Shown: positions 27,525 through 37,214 of the stretch, piece after piece
How the letters are laid out: each line of letters opens with the position of its first letter
Numbering within the stretch: position 1 is the first letter of the stretch
Origin: a virus
Lineage: Duplodnaviria > Caudoviricetes
Strand: one strand, 5' to 3'
Length of the DNA: 49,695 nucleotides
Virus record (IMG/VR): IMGVR_UViG_3300024981_000261
Coordinates: 1 to 49,695 of that record
The notes under the pieces: generated by a model
Databases searched by the model: none
What the model was told of the DNA's origin: nothing
What the model saw: the letters and a program-made list of their open reading frames with translations, nothing else
Program-made: the position numbers and the translations under genes

Positions 27525-27665
27525 ATGAATCGATTTAAATTCAAAATATCACAGGATACCTCAATAGGTAGTAGCTTGTCAGTAAATATTCGGCCTCGCA
27601 AATGGTATGTTGCTTGGTTATGGGTGAAAGTGTTTGTAAAATATATATTTAACATCAAAAATTAG
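27525..27665 (+). CDS. 46-aa hypothetical protein (not in ORF track)
   Basis: MNRFKFKISQ...; preceded by a 30-aa basic ORF at 27428-27520. Confidence 0.4.
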   Translation: MNRFKFKISQDTSIGSSLSVNIRPRKWYVAWLWVKVFVKYIFNIKN

Positions 27666-27667
27666 TT

Positions 27668-27916
27668 ATGAGAAAATTTAATTTATTTGACAAGGTGTTA
27701 TTCACACCAGAAAACAGCACAGAGAAAGTTTTAGCTTGTATTGTCGGCTTTACGACCGATGAAGAAGATGGATGTATCATTGACAGAGAATCGGGAGGTG
27801 TTATTGAGCCAGATGAACATGCTTATGTCCTTATACAAGAAGTAGAGGGTTTTGATGTCAGTCTTACTGAATGCCAAGAAAGTGAAATTGAAGCGGTTTT
27901 AAGTCTCAAGGCTTGA
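27668..27916 (+). CDS. Acidic hypothetical protein
   Basis: ORF track. Confidence 0.65.
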   Translation: MRKFNLFDKVLFTPENSTEKVLACIVGFTTDEEDGCIIDRESGGVIEPDEHAYVLIQEVEGFDVSLTECQESEIEAVLSLKA

Positions 27917-27925
27917 TGTTTTCCA

Positions 27926-27956
27926 AAGTGGTCGTATTTGACCACTTTAATTTTTT
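27926..27956 (+). terminator. Possible terminator
   Basis: AAAGTGGTC/GACCACTTT stem then T-rich tail. Confidence 0.5.
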
Positions 27957-27986
27957 ATTTCATGAACAGATACGAAAATAAAGACA

Positions 27987-28253
27987 ATGAAAACTATCTA
28001 TAAATATCCCATTGATCTCACAATAGAAAAACAATGCCTTTGCCTTCCTGAAAACTCACAGTTACTATCAGTACAGATGCAAAATGAAAAGTTATGCGTT
28101 TGGGCTTTGATAGACGAGAGTCAGCCATTATCAATGGTTCGGTTTCATATATTCGGCACAGGTGATAATTTGCCGGATGATTTGAATACTGTTTTTCTTG
28201 GTACAGTTCAAGATGGTATATATGTTTGGCATGTCCTTTATGAGAGGTTATAA
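27987..28253 (+). CDS. Small conserved phage protein
   Basis: IYKY, VWAL, FGTG, GTVQ...VWHV motifs. Confidence 0.75.
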   Translation: MKTIYKYPIDLTIEKQCLCLPENSQLLSVQMQNEKLCVWALIDESQPLSMVRFHIFGTGDNLPDDLNTVFLGTVQDGIYVWHVLYERL

Positions 28254-28265
28254 ACAGATCCAACC

Positions 28266-28757
28266 ATGAGAACCGATACCGTAAAGGATATAATAGAATT
28301 ATTTGATAGTGCCGACATAATGATGGCTTATCACGATGTACTTTGCGGTGATCTGATTGCAGAAGGTTGTTCGAGGGTTGTTTATGAATGTGATTACGAT
28401 AAATCATGTGTTGTAAAAATCCACAAGAATGTAGACCGGTTACCGTCTGATAATATCCTCGAATGGGAGTTATGGGAAATGGTAAAATATATGACTAATG
28501 ATGTTCCGAAATGGTTTGCACCTTGTGTAAGAATATCCGAAAACGGACGTATTCTTATTCAGAAGAAAACAACTTCACTTACTGATAAGCAATGGAATAA
28601 TATAAAAGAGATACCAACATACCTATCAGATGTAAAAAGATCAAACTTTGGAATGTATAAAGGTCATGTTTGCATGCACGATTATGCTTTTACGTTGTAT
28701 CGATTAGGTATTAGCAATAAGATGCGTAAAATATCAAAAGAAAATAGAATAAGATAA
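28266..28757 (+). CDS. Minimal protein-kinase-like protein
   Basis: GCSRVVY loop, VVK, NILE, DVKRSNFG, HDY. Confidence 0.65.
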   Translation: MRTDTVKDIIELFDSADIMMAYHDVLCGDLIAEGCSRVVYECDYDKSCVVKIHKNVDRLPSDNILEWELWEMVKYMTNDVPKWFAPCVRISENGRILIQKKTTSLTDKQWNNIKEIPTYLSDVKRSNFGMYKGHVCMHDYAFTLYRLGISNKMRKISKENRIR

Positions 28758-29725
28758 TGAACAAATACGACTCCCAATATCGCCAAACCCAAATAAAGAT
28801 ACTAAAAGACCTAGAGAACATCTATGGTGATTTAGTAGATGAGCTATTGGGGGTTGCTTCTTTTCTTAGCATTTCGGATAAAGAGTATTTCTTATTCAAG
28901 AATTACCCTTCAATCAAGAATAAAGCCGACGATTTAATAAATAAGCTAAAGTTATCAGTTAACATTTACATAAATAATAAGATTACGGACGTATGGGAGC
29001 TGTCAAATCAAAAGAATGATGCTTTAGTAGACCAACTATTCAACAATAAAAATAAAGTCGCTCCAAAAGCTTTAAAATCGCCTAACATAAAAGAACTAGA
29101 AGCATTCAAGAAAAGCAAGATCAAAGGTCTTACTCTTTCTGATCGTGTTTGGAGTTCAAATGCAAACCTAAGAAGCGAACTTGAATCGGCTATTTCAGCA
29201 GCAATAGAAAAAGGGCAAAGCGCAAAATCACTCGCAACCGACATTAAGAAGTACCTTAATAAACCCGATATGCGTTTTAGGAAAGTTCGGGATAAGTTCG
29301 GTAATTTGGCACCATCTAAGAACGCATTACAATATTCACCGGGACAAGGTGTCTATAGAAGTTCTTACCAGAATGCTTTGAGGTTGGCAAGAAATGAGAT
29401 TAACAGAGCTTACAGAGAAGCGGAATATCTAAGATTTCAACAAAACCCAGTCGTAATAGGCTATCGTATTCAAAATTCAAACAGGGTGTCAACTGTATGT
29501 CCTATATGTAGTGCTATGAATGGACTTGTATTTCCTAAGACATTTAAATTTATTGGTTTTCATGTGCAATGCATGTGTGTCACTATACCTATACTTGCAA
29601 CCGATGAAGAGTTTGACAGAATATTGGAAGATGAAAGATATTCTCCTAAACAACCTGATATGCCAAAAGGGTATTACGAATACTTTGACAAGGATAATAA
29701 TTTAAAGAAAAATGACAAGAAATAG
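28757..29725 (+). CDS. MuF/SPP1 gp7-like minor head protein
   Basis: LSDRVW, RLARNEINRAY, CPIC, FHVQCMC. Confidence 0.85.
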   Translation: MNKYDSQYRQTQIKILKDLENIYGDLVDELLGVASFLSISDKEYFLFKNYPSIKNKADDLINKLKLSVNIYINNKITDVWELSNQKNDALVDQLFNNKNKVAPKALKSPNIKELEAFKKSKIKGLTLSDRVWSSNANLRSELESAISAAIEKGQSAKSLATDIKKYLNKPDMRFRKVRDKFGNLAPSKNALQYSPGQGVYRSSYQNALRLARNEINRAYREAEYLRFQQNPVVIGYRIQNSNRVSTVCPICSAMNGLVFPKTFKFIGFHVQCMCVTIPILATDEEFDRILEDERYSPKQPDMPKGYYEYFDKDNNLKKNDKK

Positions 29726-29790
29726 ATTTTAAACCCTATTTGTTGTTTCCTATCATTTCTCCTTAAAAAGTTTAATTAAATCGGTTTCGG

Positions 29791-30141
29791 TTATGGCATT
29801 GCCTTGAATTTATCCTTTAATACATCAGGTATATACACTATCAGATTCCTTTCATTTATACCGATAGCAGACAATACAGTTTCAAAAGTATCAGTCGCCC
29901 TAAAATTTGCATCATGCGATATTAAGACTGAAACGTTATTGTATATGCTCATAGGAACGAATAAAGATTTATGTTTTATACCCCGATATGCTAAGTCTTT
30001 ATAGCAAGCAACGAAAAATTTAGGGTACTCCATTATGTTGTACATCTTAAACTTGATGAACTCAAACTTATCTATTTGAAAATAGATACTATCCGCATCA
30101 TTAAGCATGTCGCTATTCAATAACACCTTTTCCATACTCAT
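29791..30141 (-). CDS. Hypothetical protein
   Basis: ATGA-coupled to the XRE gene. Confidence 0.65.
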   Translation of the reverse strand: MSMEKVLLNSDMLNDADSIYFQIDKFEFIKFKMYNIMEYPKFFVACYKDLAYRGIKHKSLFVPMSIYNNVSVLISHDANFRATDTFETVLSAIGINERNLIVYIPDVLKDKFKAMP

Positions 30142-30395
30142 TTCTTTTTCATTTCATATACTGCACCGCAATTCTCACATATAAATATAGATTCTTTCCT
30201 ATTATATAAGTCGGGAACTTCAACTCCTAAATTATCCGCTATCATTTGAAGCGTCTTATCAGTCGGATTAGCCTTTCCGTTGGCGATATTGCTTAAATTA
30301 CCTTGTGGCATTCCTATATGTTCGGCAAATGAATTTATAGTATATCCTTTACCCTCTATTAGTTCTTTGATTTTAAATCTACTCATATAATGCAT
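30138..30395 (-). CDS. XRE-family HTH regulator with C-terminal CxxC
   Basis: FAEHIGMPQGNLSNIANGKANP; CENCG. Confidence 0.85.
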   Translation of the reverse strand: MHYMSRFKIKELIEGKGYTINSFAEHIGMPQGNLSNIANGKANPTDKTLQMIADNLGVEVPDLYNRKESIFICENCGAVYEMKKK

Positions 30396-30405
30396 TATTT
30401 ATATG

Positions 30406-30516
30406 CAAATATAGACTATTATATTATAAAAACAATACATGATCGCTATAATTATATCATAAAATATATTTTTAACACTTTTTTATTTGATATTTATATT
30501 TTATATACTATATTTG
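30406..30516. promoter_or_regulatory. Divergent Bacteroidota-type promoters
   Basis: CAAATATA at 30406-30413 (minus -7); TTTG 30486-30489 and TATATTTG 30509-30516 (plus). Confidence 0.65.
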
Positions 30517-30538
30517 TGGTAGATATTTAAGTAATAAA

Positions 30539-30570
30539 AAATATAACCATTAATAATTACAGATATGAAA
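30539..30570 (+). repeat. Linker repeat A, copy 2
   Basis: Identical to 3065-3096. Confidence 0.9.
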
Positions 30571-30738
30571 GCAATAGGATATTTCAAAACAGTAACAGGC
30601 GATAGATTTTACGTAAAACCAATCAGAGGCGGTTATTATGGTGTATATAATAAATTAGATATGAGCTTAGAAAGCCTTTGCTTATCCAAAGAAGAAGCTG
30701 ACAATACAGCGATAGAATTAAATAACTTAAGAAAGTAA
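30565..30738 (+). CDS. 57-aa hypothetical protein (not in ORF track)
   Basis: MKAIGYFKTVTGDRFYVKPIRGG... Confidence 0.65.
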   Translation: MKAIGYFKTVTGDRFYVKPIRGGYYGVYNKLDMSLESLCLSKEEADNTAIELNNLRK

Positions 30739-30771
30739 TAATAGCCCCTTCGGGGGGCAATCTCTTATGCA

Positions 30772-30954
30772 ATGAAAAAAGAAAATGTAATAAAAGGATT
30801 ATGCTCTGTTCTTGCGGTAGCAAGGATAGCCCAAGAAAATGATACAAGACAAAGTAGCGTGTCACTACTTATAGACAATAAAGATAAAGAGACTTTAGAT
30901 CTCCATACGAAATACTACAACGAATTTATGGATGTATTTAACCAATTAATCTAA
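30772..30954 (+). CDS. Hypothetical protein
   Basis: ORF track. Confidence 0.65.
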   Translation: MKKENVIKGLCSVLAVARIAQENDTRQSSVSLLIDNKDKETLDLHTKYYNEFMDVFNQLI

Positions 30955-30991
30955 CCTCCACCTTATTAACAATAAAAGCAAAGACAATGAA
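30951..30991 (+). repeat. Linker repeat B, copy 2
   Basis: 39/41 identical to 3540-3580. Confidence 0.9.
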
Positions 30992-31451
30992 CAAAGCAAT
31001 ATCAATAAAACAACCATGGGCATATTTGATATGCGCCGGTATAAAAGATGTAGAGAATAGAACATGGCCAACTAAGTATAGAGGTCGTGTGTATATTCAT
31101 GCGAGTGCGAAGCCAGTTGGGCAATATTTTAGTGAAGGTGTATTTACAGCCGATCAGTTGAATTACTTAATCCAATCTAAGAAAATAAATCTAATTGAAA
31201 AGGTTCAGCTATCTGCGATCATCGGACATATTGATATAGTTGATTGTGTAATTAATCACGATAGTATTTGGGCTGAAAGATCAATTATTCATCAAGCAAA
31301 TGAATCCGATCCAGATACAGAAGATGATTTAATTATCTACAATTGGGTACTTTCTAACCCTGTCCTATTCGACAAACCTATTCTCAATGTAAAAGGAAAG
31401 CTTAGCTTTTGGGATTGTAGCGAGTATTTAGTACCAACTAATAAAATATAA
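30987..31451 (+). CDS. ASCH domain protein
   Basis: SIKQPWAYLI..GIKDVENRTW..KYRG..IHAS. Confidence 0.9.
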   Translation: MNKAISIKQPWAYLICAGIKDVENRTWPTKYRGRVYIHASAKPVGQYFSEGVFTADQLNYLIQSKKINLIEKVQLSAIIGHIDIVDCVINHDSIWAERSIIHQANESDPDTEDDLIIYNWVLSNPVLFDKPILNVKGKLSFWDCSEYLVPTNKI

Positions 31452-31454
31452 GAA

Positions 31455-31775
31455 ATGAATACCACTGATTACAAAACAGGATGGATCGAGCGTTCTTGGA
31501 TTGAAATAAAAAAGGACTCTACTTTCTGTTTTATAAACGATTTTAGATGTAAGATTTCGGGATTGCCTTTAGAAAAGGTGTGCTTAATGGTAAAAAGAAC
31601 GAACTTCAAGCACCGAGGCAATGAGACAGACGAACTAGATTGCTACAACAGGTCTTCAACGCCAGATAGATATAAAGATGTCTGGGACGAATGGGACGAA
31701 AAGAGACGATGCGCAATACAGGAAATTGAATCTATTGCGAGGACGTTCAATCTGAAAGTTATAATTAAATCATAA
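31455..31775 (+). CDS. Hypothetical protein
   Basis: ORF track. Confidence 0.65.
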   Translation: MNTTDYKTGWIERSWIEIKKDSTFCFINDFRCKISGLPLEKVCLMVKRTNFKHRGNETDELDCYNRSSTPDRYKDVWDEWDEKRRCAIQEIESIARTFNLKVIIKS

Positions 31776-31820
31776 CCCCTCCCCTTTCTCATGTTAAAGG
31801 GGAGATAAAAGAAAGAAAAG

Positions 31821-32075
31821 ATGAAACTAATTTTAGATGGAAAAGATTTCGAGCATATACCTGAAATGTCTTGCTATAATAACAACTATTTTAAACATCG
31901 CGAAACTGGTATTGTAATATATGAACATTGCGATGAGAATTACCAAGTAAATGAATATACAGATGTAACAAACCCAGAAAAAACGTACTTCTTAGGGTGC
32001 TGTTCATGCCATAACGGAGAAAGCTTATCTTATAACGAAGAGATAGAGGTGGAATTTAAAATACAATATACTTAA
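31821..32075 (+). CDS. Hypothetical protein
   Basis: ORF track. Confidence 0.65.
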   Translation: MKLILDGKDFEHIPEMSCYNNNYFKHRETGIVIYEHCDENYQVNEYTDVTNPEKTYFLGCCSCHNGESLSYNEEIEVEFKIQYT

Positions 32076-32087
32076 AAGAAAGAGAAG

Positions 32088-32537
32088 ATGGAAAAAGTAA
32101 AATGCAATTGGTGCTTTTGCGAGTTTGATAGCAAAGATAACCGCTTTGATGATTATTGCCCTGTATGTCCTAAATGCGATGACAAGAACAAAGCAGACAT
32201 GGATAAAGCAATGAGTGAATTTTTCCAATATGAAGCCGAATGTAATAGAAAAGACCAAAGGGTTATTAATGCTATTAAAACCGTCAAAGGAAACTCTTTT
32301 CATAAATCATTAGGCGATCTGATAGAAGATTTAGATAGAACGTCGGGTTATTCAATTGTAGATAAACCGAAAGGAAACTATCAAAAAGAATATTGGCATA
32401 AAGAGATTCAAGGCGTTTGGGTTGACCAATGGTGTAATGGAGGCTATTCTGGTGACGAATTTGCAGGCGATGTTTACGTAAAGATTAAACGTCAAAACAA
32501 GAAAGATAAGTATTTAAAAATACCATATTCAATGTAA
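32088..32537 (+). CDS. Hypothetical protein with N-terminal Zn-ribbon
   Basis: CxxC...CxxC. Confidence 0.7.
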   Translation: MEKVKCNWCFCEFDSKDNRFDDYCPVCPKCDDKNKADMDKAMSEFFQYEAECNRKDQRVINAIKTVKGNSFHKSLGDLIEDLDRTSGYSIVDKPKGNYQKEYWHKEIQGVWVDQWCNGGYSGDEFAGDVYVKIKRQNKKDKYLKIPYSM

Positions 32538-32568
32538 CCCTCATTATTAACGAAGTAAAAGGAAGAGA

Positions 32569-32925
32569 ATGAAAAAATTCAAAGTAGCATATTTTAAAAA
32601 GTTGATAAGCTATGTATCAGCAGAACAGATGTCTTTTTCGAGAATGTGTGAGATAATCAATCAAGATATTGAAAAAGAAAAAATCAAAGCCTATAACCAA
32701 GCAATAGACGATGTAAATAAACTAATTGAAGACCACGAAGAAGAAGTTTATATCGGAGTAGTTAACGATATCCTCAAACTAAAAAACTCTACAATAGTAA
32801 ATTATGACAAAGATTTGCTTAGAGGTTTTATTGGATGGCTCAGAAACAAAGATGATGTATTCTATGCTTTTGAAAATACCGATGAAGCAATTAATGAATT
32901 CATGAAAACATCCGAATCCGTTTAG
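32569..32925 (+). CDS. Hypothetical protein
   Basis: ORF track. Confidence 0.65.
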   Translation: MKKFKVAYFKKLISYVSAEQMSFSRMCEIINQDIEKEKIKAYNQAIDDVNKLIEDHEEEVYIGVVNDILKLKNSTIVNYDKDLLRGFIGWLRNKDDVFYAFENTDEAINEFMKTSESV

Positions 32926-32955
32926 TTGAATATAAATTGAAAAGGGAATGAAAAT

Positions 32956-33396
32956 ATGGGATCAAGAACGAATTTCGGTATTTCCACATACCGCCACAAC
33001 GATTTAAGCAACATCTGCATTATCATGCCATCATTGAGCATGAAATATTTTTACCCTCAAAACGTGCAGAAAGGAATTATTGACGATACGAACATTGACA
33101 TACTGAAAGTAGTCGAAGCCGTAAGCGGATGGGAGGGCGATGATATCACTCATACTGCGCAGGAATATTTGCCGACTGTGATACTTCTGCAAGGTTCATC
33201 AAGTAACAGAGGCTCTTTTGTTATAAACTATTTAAAAGATGATAGAGGTAATATATTTTACCGTGTGCTTTCTTTTTCTGACTACAAAACTGCCAATATA
33301 GATCAGATCGAAAAAGATTTAAGAGACGAAATGCAGATAGGGCAAATAGTTGAACATGGAAAAGAGCTTGACAATTTAATTAGAAATCTAATTTAG
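32956..33396 (+). CDS. Hypothetical protein
   Basis: ORF track. Confidence 0.65.
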   Translation: MGSRTNFGISTYRHNDLSNICIIMPSLSMKYFYPQNVQKGIIDDTNIDILKVVEAVSGWEGDDITHTAQEYLPTVILLQGSSSNRGSFVINYLKDDRGNIFYRVLSFSDYKTANIDQIEKDLRDEMQIGQIVEHGKELDNLIRNLI

Positions 33397-33416
33397 CTAC
33401 ACATAATCCCCACTTC

Positions 33417-33451
33417 AAAGACACTCTAACTAAGGGTGTCTTTTTCTTTTT
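33417..33451 (+). terminator. Intrinsic terminator ending the inserted operon
   Basis: AAAGACACTCT/AGGGTGTCTTT stem with T run. Confidence 0.75.
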
Positions 33452-33480
33452 ATACCCTCAAAACAACACGAAAAACACTA

Positions 33481-33556
33481 CTTGCGCACAATTGCGCAAC
33501 TGTTTATTCACAGACTTTAATTTCCTTCCTTCCTGCTTCGTTCCTAAGTAATTTTA
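33481..33556 (+). promoter_or_regulatory. Putative late promoter motif, copy 1
   Basis: ACTGTTTATTC at 33499 and TAATTTTA 50 nt downstream. Confidence 0.5.
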
Positions 33557-33589
33557 TACTACAAAGATTACGAACGAAAATAAATAAAA

Positions 33590-34255
33590 ATGAAAGAAAA
33601 ACTATTAGTAGCACTGAAAACGAAGTATAAAACCTTTGGGTTTGGTGATAAGGCGTTTGACGGGGTGGCTGACTACCTTTCTAAAACCGTCACAGAAGAA
33701 AGTGCAATCGAAACCGCTATTAGTGGGGTCGAAGGTCTTTTAAAAGCATTTCAGGGAGATATTGACACAGTACGAAACGAGAAATCGGGTCTACAGAAAC
33801 AATTAGACGAACTGAAAGCAAAGGGTACTGAGAATAAAGATGATCCGACAAAACAAGATCCACCTAAAGATGTCCCAGAATGGCAAAAAGCTATTGAAGG
33901 TCTTACGGCAACGGTTCAAACGCTTGCTTCAACAGTTGGATCGCAACAGGCAGAAAAAACACATGCTACACTATCTCAAAAGCTTACAAGTATACTATCT
34001 GAAAAGAAAGTGCCTGAATGGTACTCTTCTGATATTTTAGACGGTAGAACTTTCAAAGACGAATCAGAAGTAGATGCATGGGCTGAAAAAATCGGCACTA
34101 AATGGGGAGAGCGTAATCAGGAGCTTGCAAACAACGGATTTAAAGAAACAGTACCTCCATCTAGCGGTAGCGAGAACGTAAAAGAGTCTGAGGTTATCGC
34201 AGGGATGATAAACACAGGAACTAAACAAATTGTAGAACAACAAAAACAAAATTAA
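33590..34255 (+). CDS. Head scaffolding protein
   Basis: Coiled-coil protein ahead of capsid genes. Confidence 0.7.
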   Translation: MKEKLLVALKTKYKTFGFGDKAFDGVADYLSKTVTEESAIETAISGVEGLLKAFQGDIDTVRNEKSGLQKQLDELKAKGTENKDDPTKQDPPKDVPEWQKAIEGLTATVQTLASTVGSQQAEKTHATLSQKLTSILSEKKVPEWYSSDILDGRTFKDESEVDAWAEKIGTKWGERNQELANNGFKETVPPSSGSENVKESEVIAGMINTGTKQIVEQQKQN

Positions 34256-34257
34256 TT

Positions 34258-34845
34258 ATGCCAGCAGGAGTTAGTTATAACCTGAACGCTGAACCGGTAA
34301 TCGAGGAACTTTGCCGTTTTGAAACAGTCTTCCGTCATTCGGGAGGTTTCAACTTGGACGATTCTTCTTTAACAGATGGATATATTGTTCCGGTATTAGC
34401 ACCAATAGCAGTGGATTTTACCACTCGTAAAGTAAAGGTTGTTAAGAATGCTACTATTGTTGAAGCTGCTAATGCATCAGCCACATCGTATAAGATTGCT
34501 AAGAACTCTCTTATTGCAGTTGGTATGTATTTAGGAACAGGAGCAAAAGGAGCAGAAGTAACAGCAATTGATAAGACAAACGCAAGTTATGATCTTGTAA
34601 CAGTAGCAGCCACAATCGGTGCAGCCGTTACAGTCGGTCAGGTTTTGTTTGAAGCAACAGCAGTAGGAGGAACAACCCCTAAGAATGTAGCCAACAAACT
34701 TAATTATGCGATAACTAAAGTAGAAAGCGGAGAAACAGTAACAGCCGTTGGACGTGCTTATGAGGTAATAGAAAGTAAGCTTAAACTTCCTATCTCTGAC
34801 AAGGATAAAGCTTCTCTAGGTGATAATTTTATGTTTCAACCCTAA
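34258..34845 (+). CDS. Head decoration protein
   Basis: Ala/Val/Gly/Thr-rich, between scaffold and capsid. Confidence 0.65.
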   Translation: MPAGVSYNLNAEPVIEELCRFETVFRHSGGFNLDDSSLTDGYIVPVLAPIAVDFTTRKVKVVKNATIVEAANASATSYKIAKNSLIAVGMYLGTGAKGAEVTAIDKTNASYDLVTVAATIGAAVTVGQVLFEATAVGGTTPKNVANKLNYAITKVESGETVTAVGRAYEVIESKLKLPISDKDKASLGDNFMFQP

Positions 34846-34858
34846 TAAATTATAAGCT

Positions 34859-35935
34859 ATGCAATTGACATTAGATAAATTATTCAACGATGCAAATATC
34901 GTAAAAGCGATAATTGACAGGGTAATGCAAACAAAGCTAGACACTATCTATTGGAAGCGTTATCTTGACTTTGAGCAAACAATGTCACGCACATTCAAGA
35001 CTTATCTTGGAACTGTGACAGGTGTAACAGCAGGATCAATCATTGACAGGAACTCGAACAAACCGCTTCGTGAACGCCGGTCTATAGGACAAGGTTATGG
35101 AGAAGTTGCTTATTTAGGAGACCGTTATCAGATGGATAACGACCGACTAGATCAGCTTAAATCTTTGATTGATAAATACAATCAGGCTAAAACAGCCGAT
35201 CAAATAGCTGCAATGAATGCTATTATTGATTATATCACAGACGATTTGAGACAAGTACTTCTTGCGCCTCACAAACGTATGGATTTGGTTGTAGGTTCTT
35301 TGAGATCAACAGGTAAAGCGGAGGTGAAGCTTGCAGATAATCCGCAAGGAATTGAGCTTCTTGATATTGAATTGCCGGTTAAGTACTACACACCATTAGT
35401 AGGCGATCAGGATAAGTTTATTACTTACCTGAAAACATTGATCGAATCACTTCGGGCAACTATTGGCGCATTCTCAGTTCTCGAGATGTCACGATCTACC
35501 TTCAATAAATATATCATCGGAGCTGCCGAGTTTGGAACAAACTATAAGATGATATTCGGTGGTGCGCAACTAGCATCTGCCGGGGGTCTTATGACTGACG
35601 CTATGGCTAATCAGCTATTCACCGGTATAGGATTACCTCCAGTACGTATAGTTGAAGAATATGTAGCAACAACAGACGGAGGTTCAGTTTCAACATTTGC
35701 AGACAAGCGCGTAACACTATTGCAATCGGATAAGATCGGTAAGATGATGTGGCATGAGCCATACGAAGCAAGTGATCCAATACCGGGTAAAGTTTATACT
35801 CGCTCTGAGGGTGGTATGTATATATCACAGGTTAGAACTGAGGAAGGACGTTTCATGGAGTATGGCGCTGAATGGATACCAAATATCGCTGCACCTCATA
35901 AGATTGTAAACTTAGATTTGGTTAACTTCTCATAA
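34859..35935 (+). CDS. Major capsid protein, lambda E-like
   Basis: 358 aa, position, C-terminal EWIP motif. Confidence 0.85.
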   Translation: MQLTLDKLFNDANIVKAIIDRVMQTKLDTIYWKRYLDFEQTMSRTFKTYLGTVTGVTAGSIIDRNSNKPLRERRSIGQGYGEVAYLGDRYQMDNDRLDQLKSLIDKYNQAKTADQIAAMNAIIDYITDDLRQVLLAPHKRMDLVVGSLRSTGKAEVKLADNPQGIELLDIELPVKYYTPLVGDQDKFITYLKTLIESLRATIGAFSVLEMSRSTFNKYIIGAAEFGTNYKMIFGGAQLASAGGLMTDAMANQLFTGIGLPPVRIVEEYVATTDGGSVSTFADKRVTLLQSDKIGKMMWHEPYEASDPIPGKVYTRSEGGMYISQVRTEEGRFMEYGAEWIPNIAAPHKIVNLDLVNFS

Positions 35936-35946
35936 ATATTTCTACT

Positions 35947-36147
35947 ATGAAAGTAAAAGTATTAAAGGGTTTTACTGATAGGTTCGATTTTTCGAAGGAA
36001 TACAAGCCGGGTGACGTTATTGATCTTTCTGATAAAGCAAGAATTCAAGACCTTACAGAAAGAGGATTAATAGAACTCGAAGTTAAAGAAGATCCTAAAG
36101 AAGACGTAGTAGAAGACAAGAAGGCAACTAAGAAAGTATCCAAATGA
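35947..36147 (+). CDS. Small head-associated protein
   Basis: YKPGDVI...RGLIE; follows capsid. Confidence 0.65.
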   Translation: MKVKVLKGFTDRFDFSKEYKPGDVIDLSDKARIQDLTERGLIELEVKEDPKEDVVEDKKATKKVSK

Positions 36148-36458
36148 TAATAAAGGATTACATAACAAGCAAATTTCAGCCTTACGGAGTGAATATCTCC
36201 GAGGCTGATCTTGCTGATCTTGATCTTATGGGTATTGATGTAAGTTTAGAATTTTCAAATGAAAATCGAAATTCGGTATATCTTGGATTAATTAGATATA
36301 TCATACCTCAATTACTTCTTAGAGCAAAATCAATATCTGAAAGTGGGTTCTCTGTGTCATTTGATACAAAAGACATACTTCAATATTATGCTTGGCTATG
36401 TAAAGAACTTGGGATTGAAGATGAACTTAATCAAAAACCATCTGTAAGATTTTTGTAA
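36144..36458 (+). CDS. Head-tail adaptor
   Basis: SISESGFSVSF; position. Confidence 0.65.
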   Translation: MIIKDYITSKFQPYGVNISEADLADLDLMGIDVSLEFSNENRNSVYLGLIRYIIPQLLLRAKSISESGFSVSFDTKDILQYYAWLCKELGIEDELNQKPSVRFL

Positions 36459-36784
36459 TGTATTTCAAACCTCATAAACTGTATATCCACAAATCGACAC
36501 CATCTTATCAAGATGAAAATGGAGATTGGCAAGAAGGCACTGAAACTGTAGAATATTTATGCGATTGCTTTTTGCATGATGCAAGTACAGATATAAAGAA
36601 AGCTTATGCCGGAACAGGGATAATACCGACACATACAGTCAATTTAGATCGTAGAGACGATTTAGGAATAGGCGTAACGGTGACAGTTAAAGAGGGTGAA
36701 CTTATCAGAGCAAAATCACAGATCGTAGATTTAAAAAGGCTTAGTGCTTTCAACTATACTCAAATAATATTAGGTAGTAAATGA
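36458..36784 (+). CDS. Head closure protein
   Basis: QDENGDW motif; position. Confidence 0.65.
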   Translation: MYFKPHKLYIHKSTPSYQDENGDWQEGTETVEYLCDCFLHDASTDIKKAYAGTGIIPTHTVNLDRRDDLGIGVTVTVKEGELIRAKSQIVDLKRLSAFNYTQIILGSK

Positions 36785-37209
36785 TAGCAACAAACGACAT
36801 AAAGACTATTCTGATTGACAATGTTAAATCTAATGCTGTTTTAGGATTAATCCCTGAAATAGTAAAGGATCAACATTTGCCAGTGAAAGAAGGCTCTGTT
36901 AAAGAGAGAATAGTCGTTATCGTTAATGCTACTGATAATAGTGATTGGCAGCAAACGTATGCAAGAGTATGTGTTTATGTACCTAAGAAATATTTGAATG
37001 ATTTAGGTTCATATATGCCTGATACATCAAGATTAAGAATTTTAGAAAGGGTATGCACTGAGTTATTCTACAAACGGACATTCGTAGAGTTCGAAGGAAA
37101 AACCCTCTATTACAGATTGGAAGATATTGTTCAAGAAGATGATCCTGAAACATGGAGCGACTTTTTAAATGTAAGATTAAAAGTAACAAATCAAAATTTT
37201 AAATTATAA
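36781..37209 (+). CDS. Tail terminator-like protein
   Basis: Position before tail tube, size. Confidence 0.6.
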   Translation: MIATNDIKTILIDNVKSNAVLGLIPEIVKDQHLPVKEGSVKERIVVIVNATDNSDWQQTYARVCVYVPKKYLNDLGSYMPDTSRLRILERVCTELFYKRTFVEFEGKTLYYRLEDIVQEDDPETWSDFLNVRLKVTNQNFKL

Positions 37210-37214
37210 AGATT

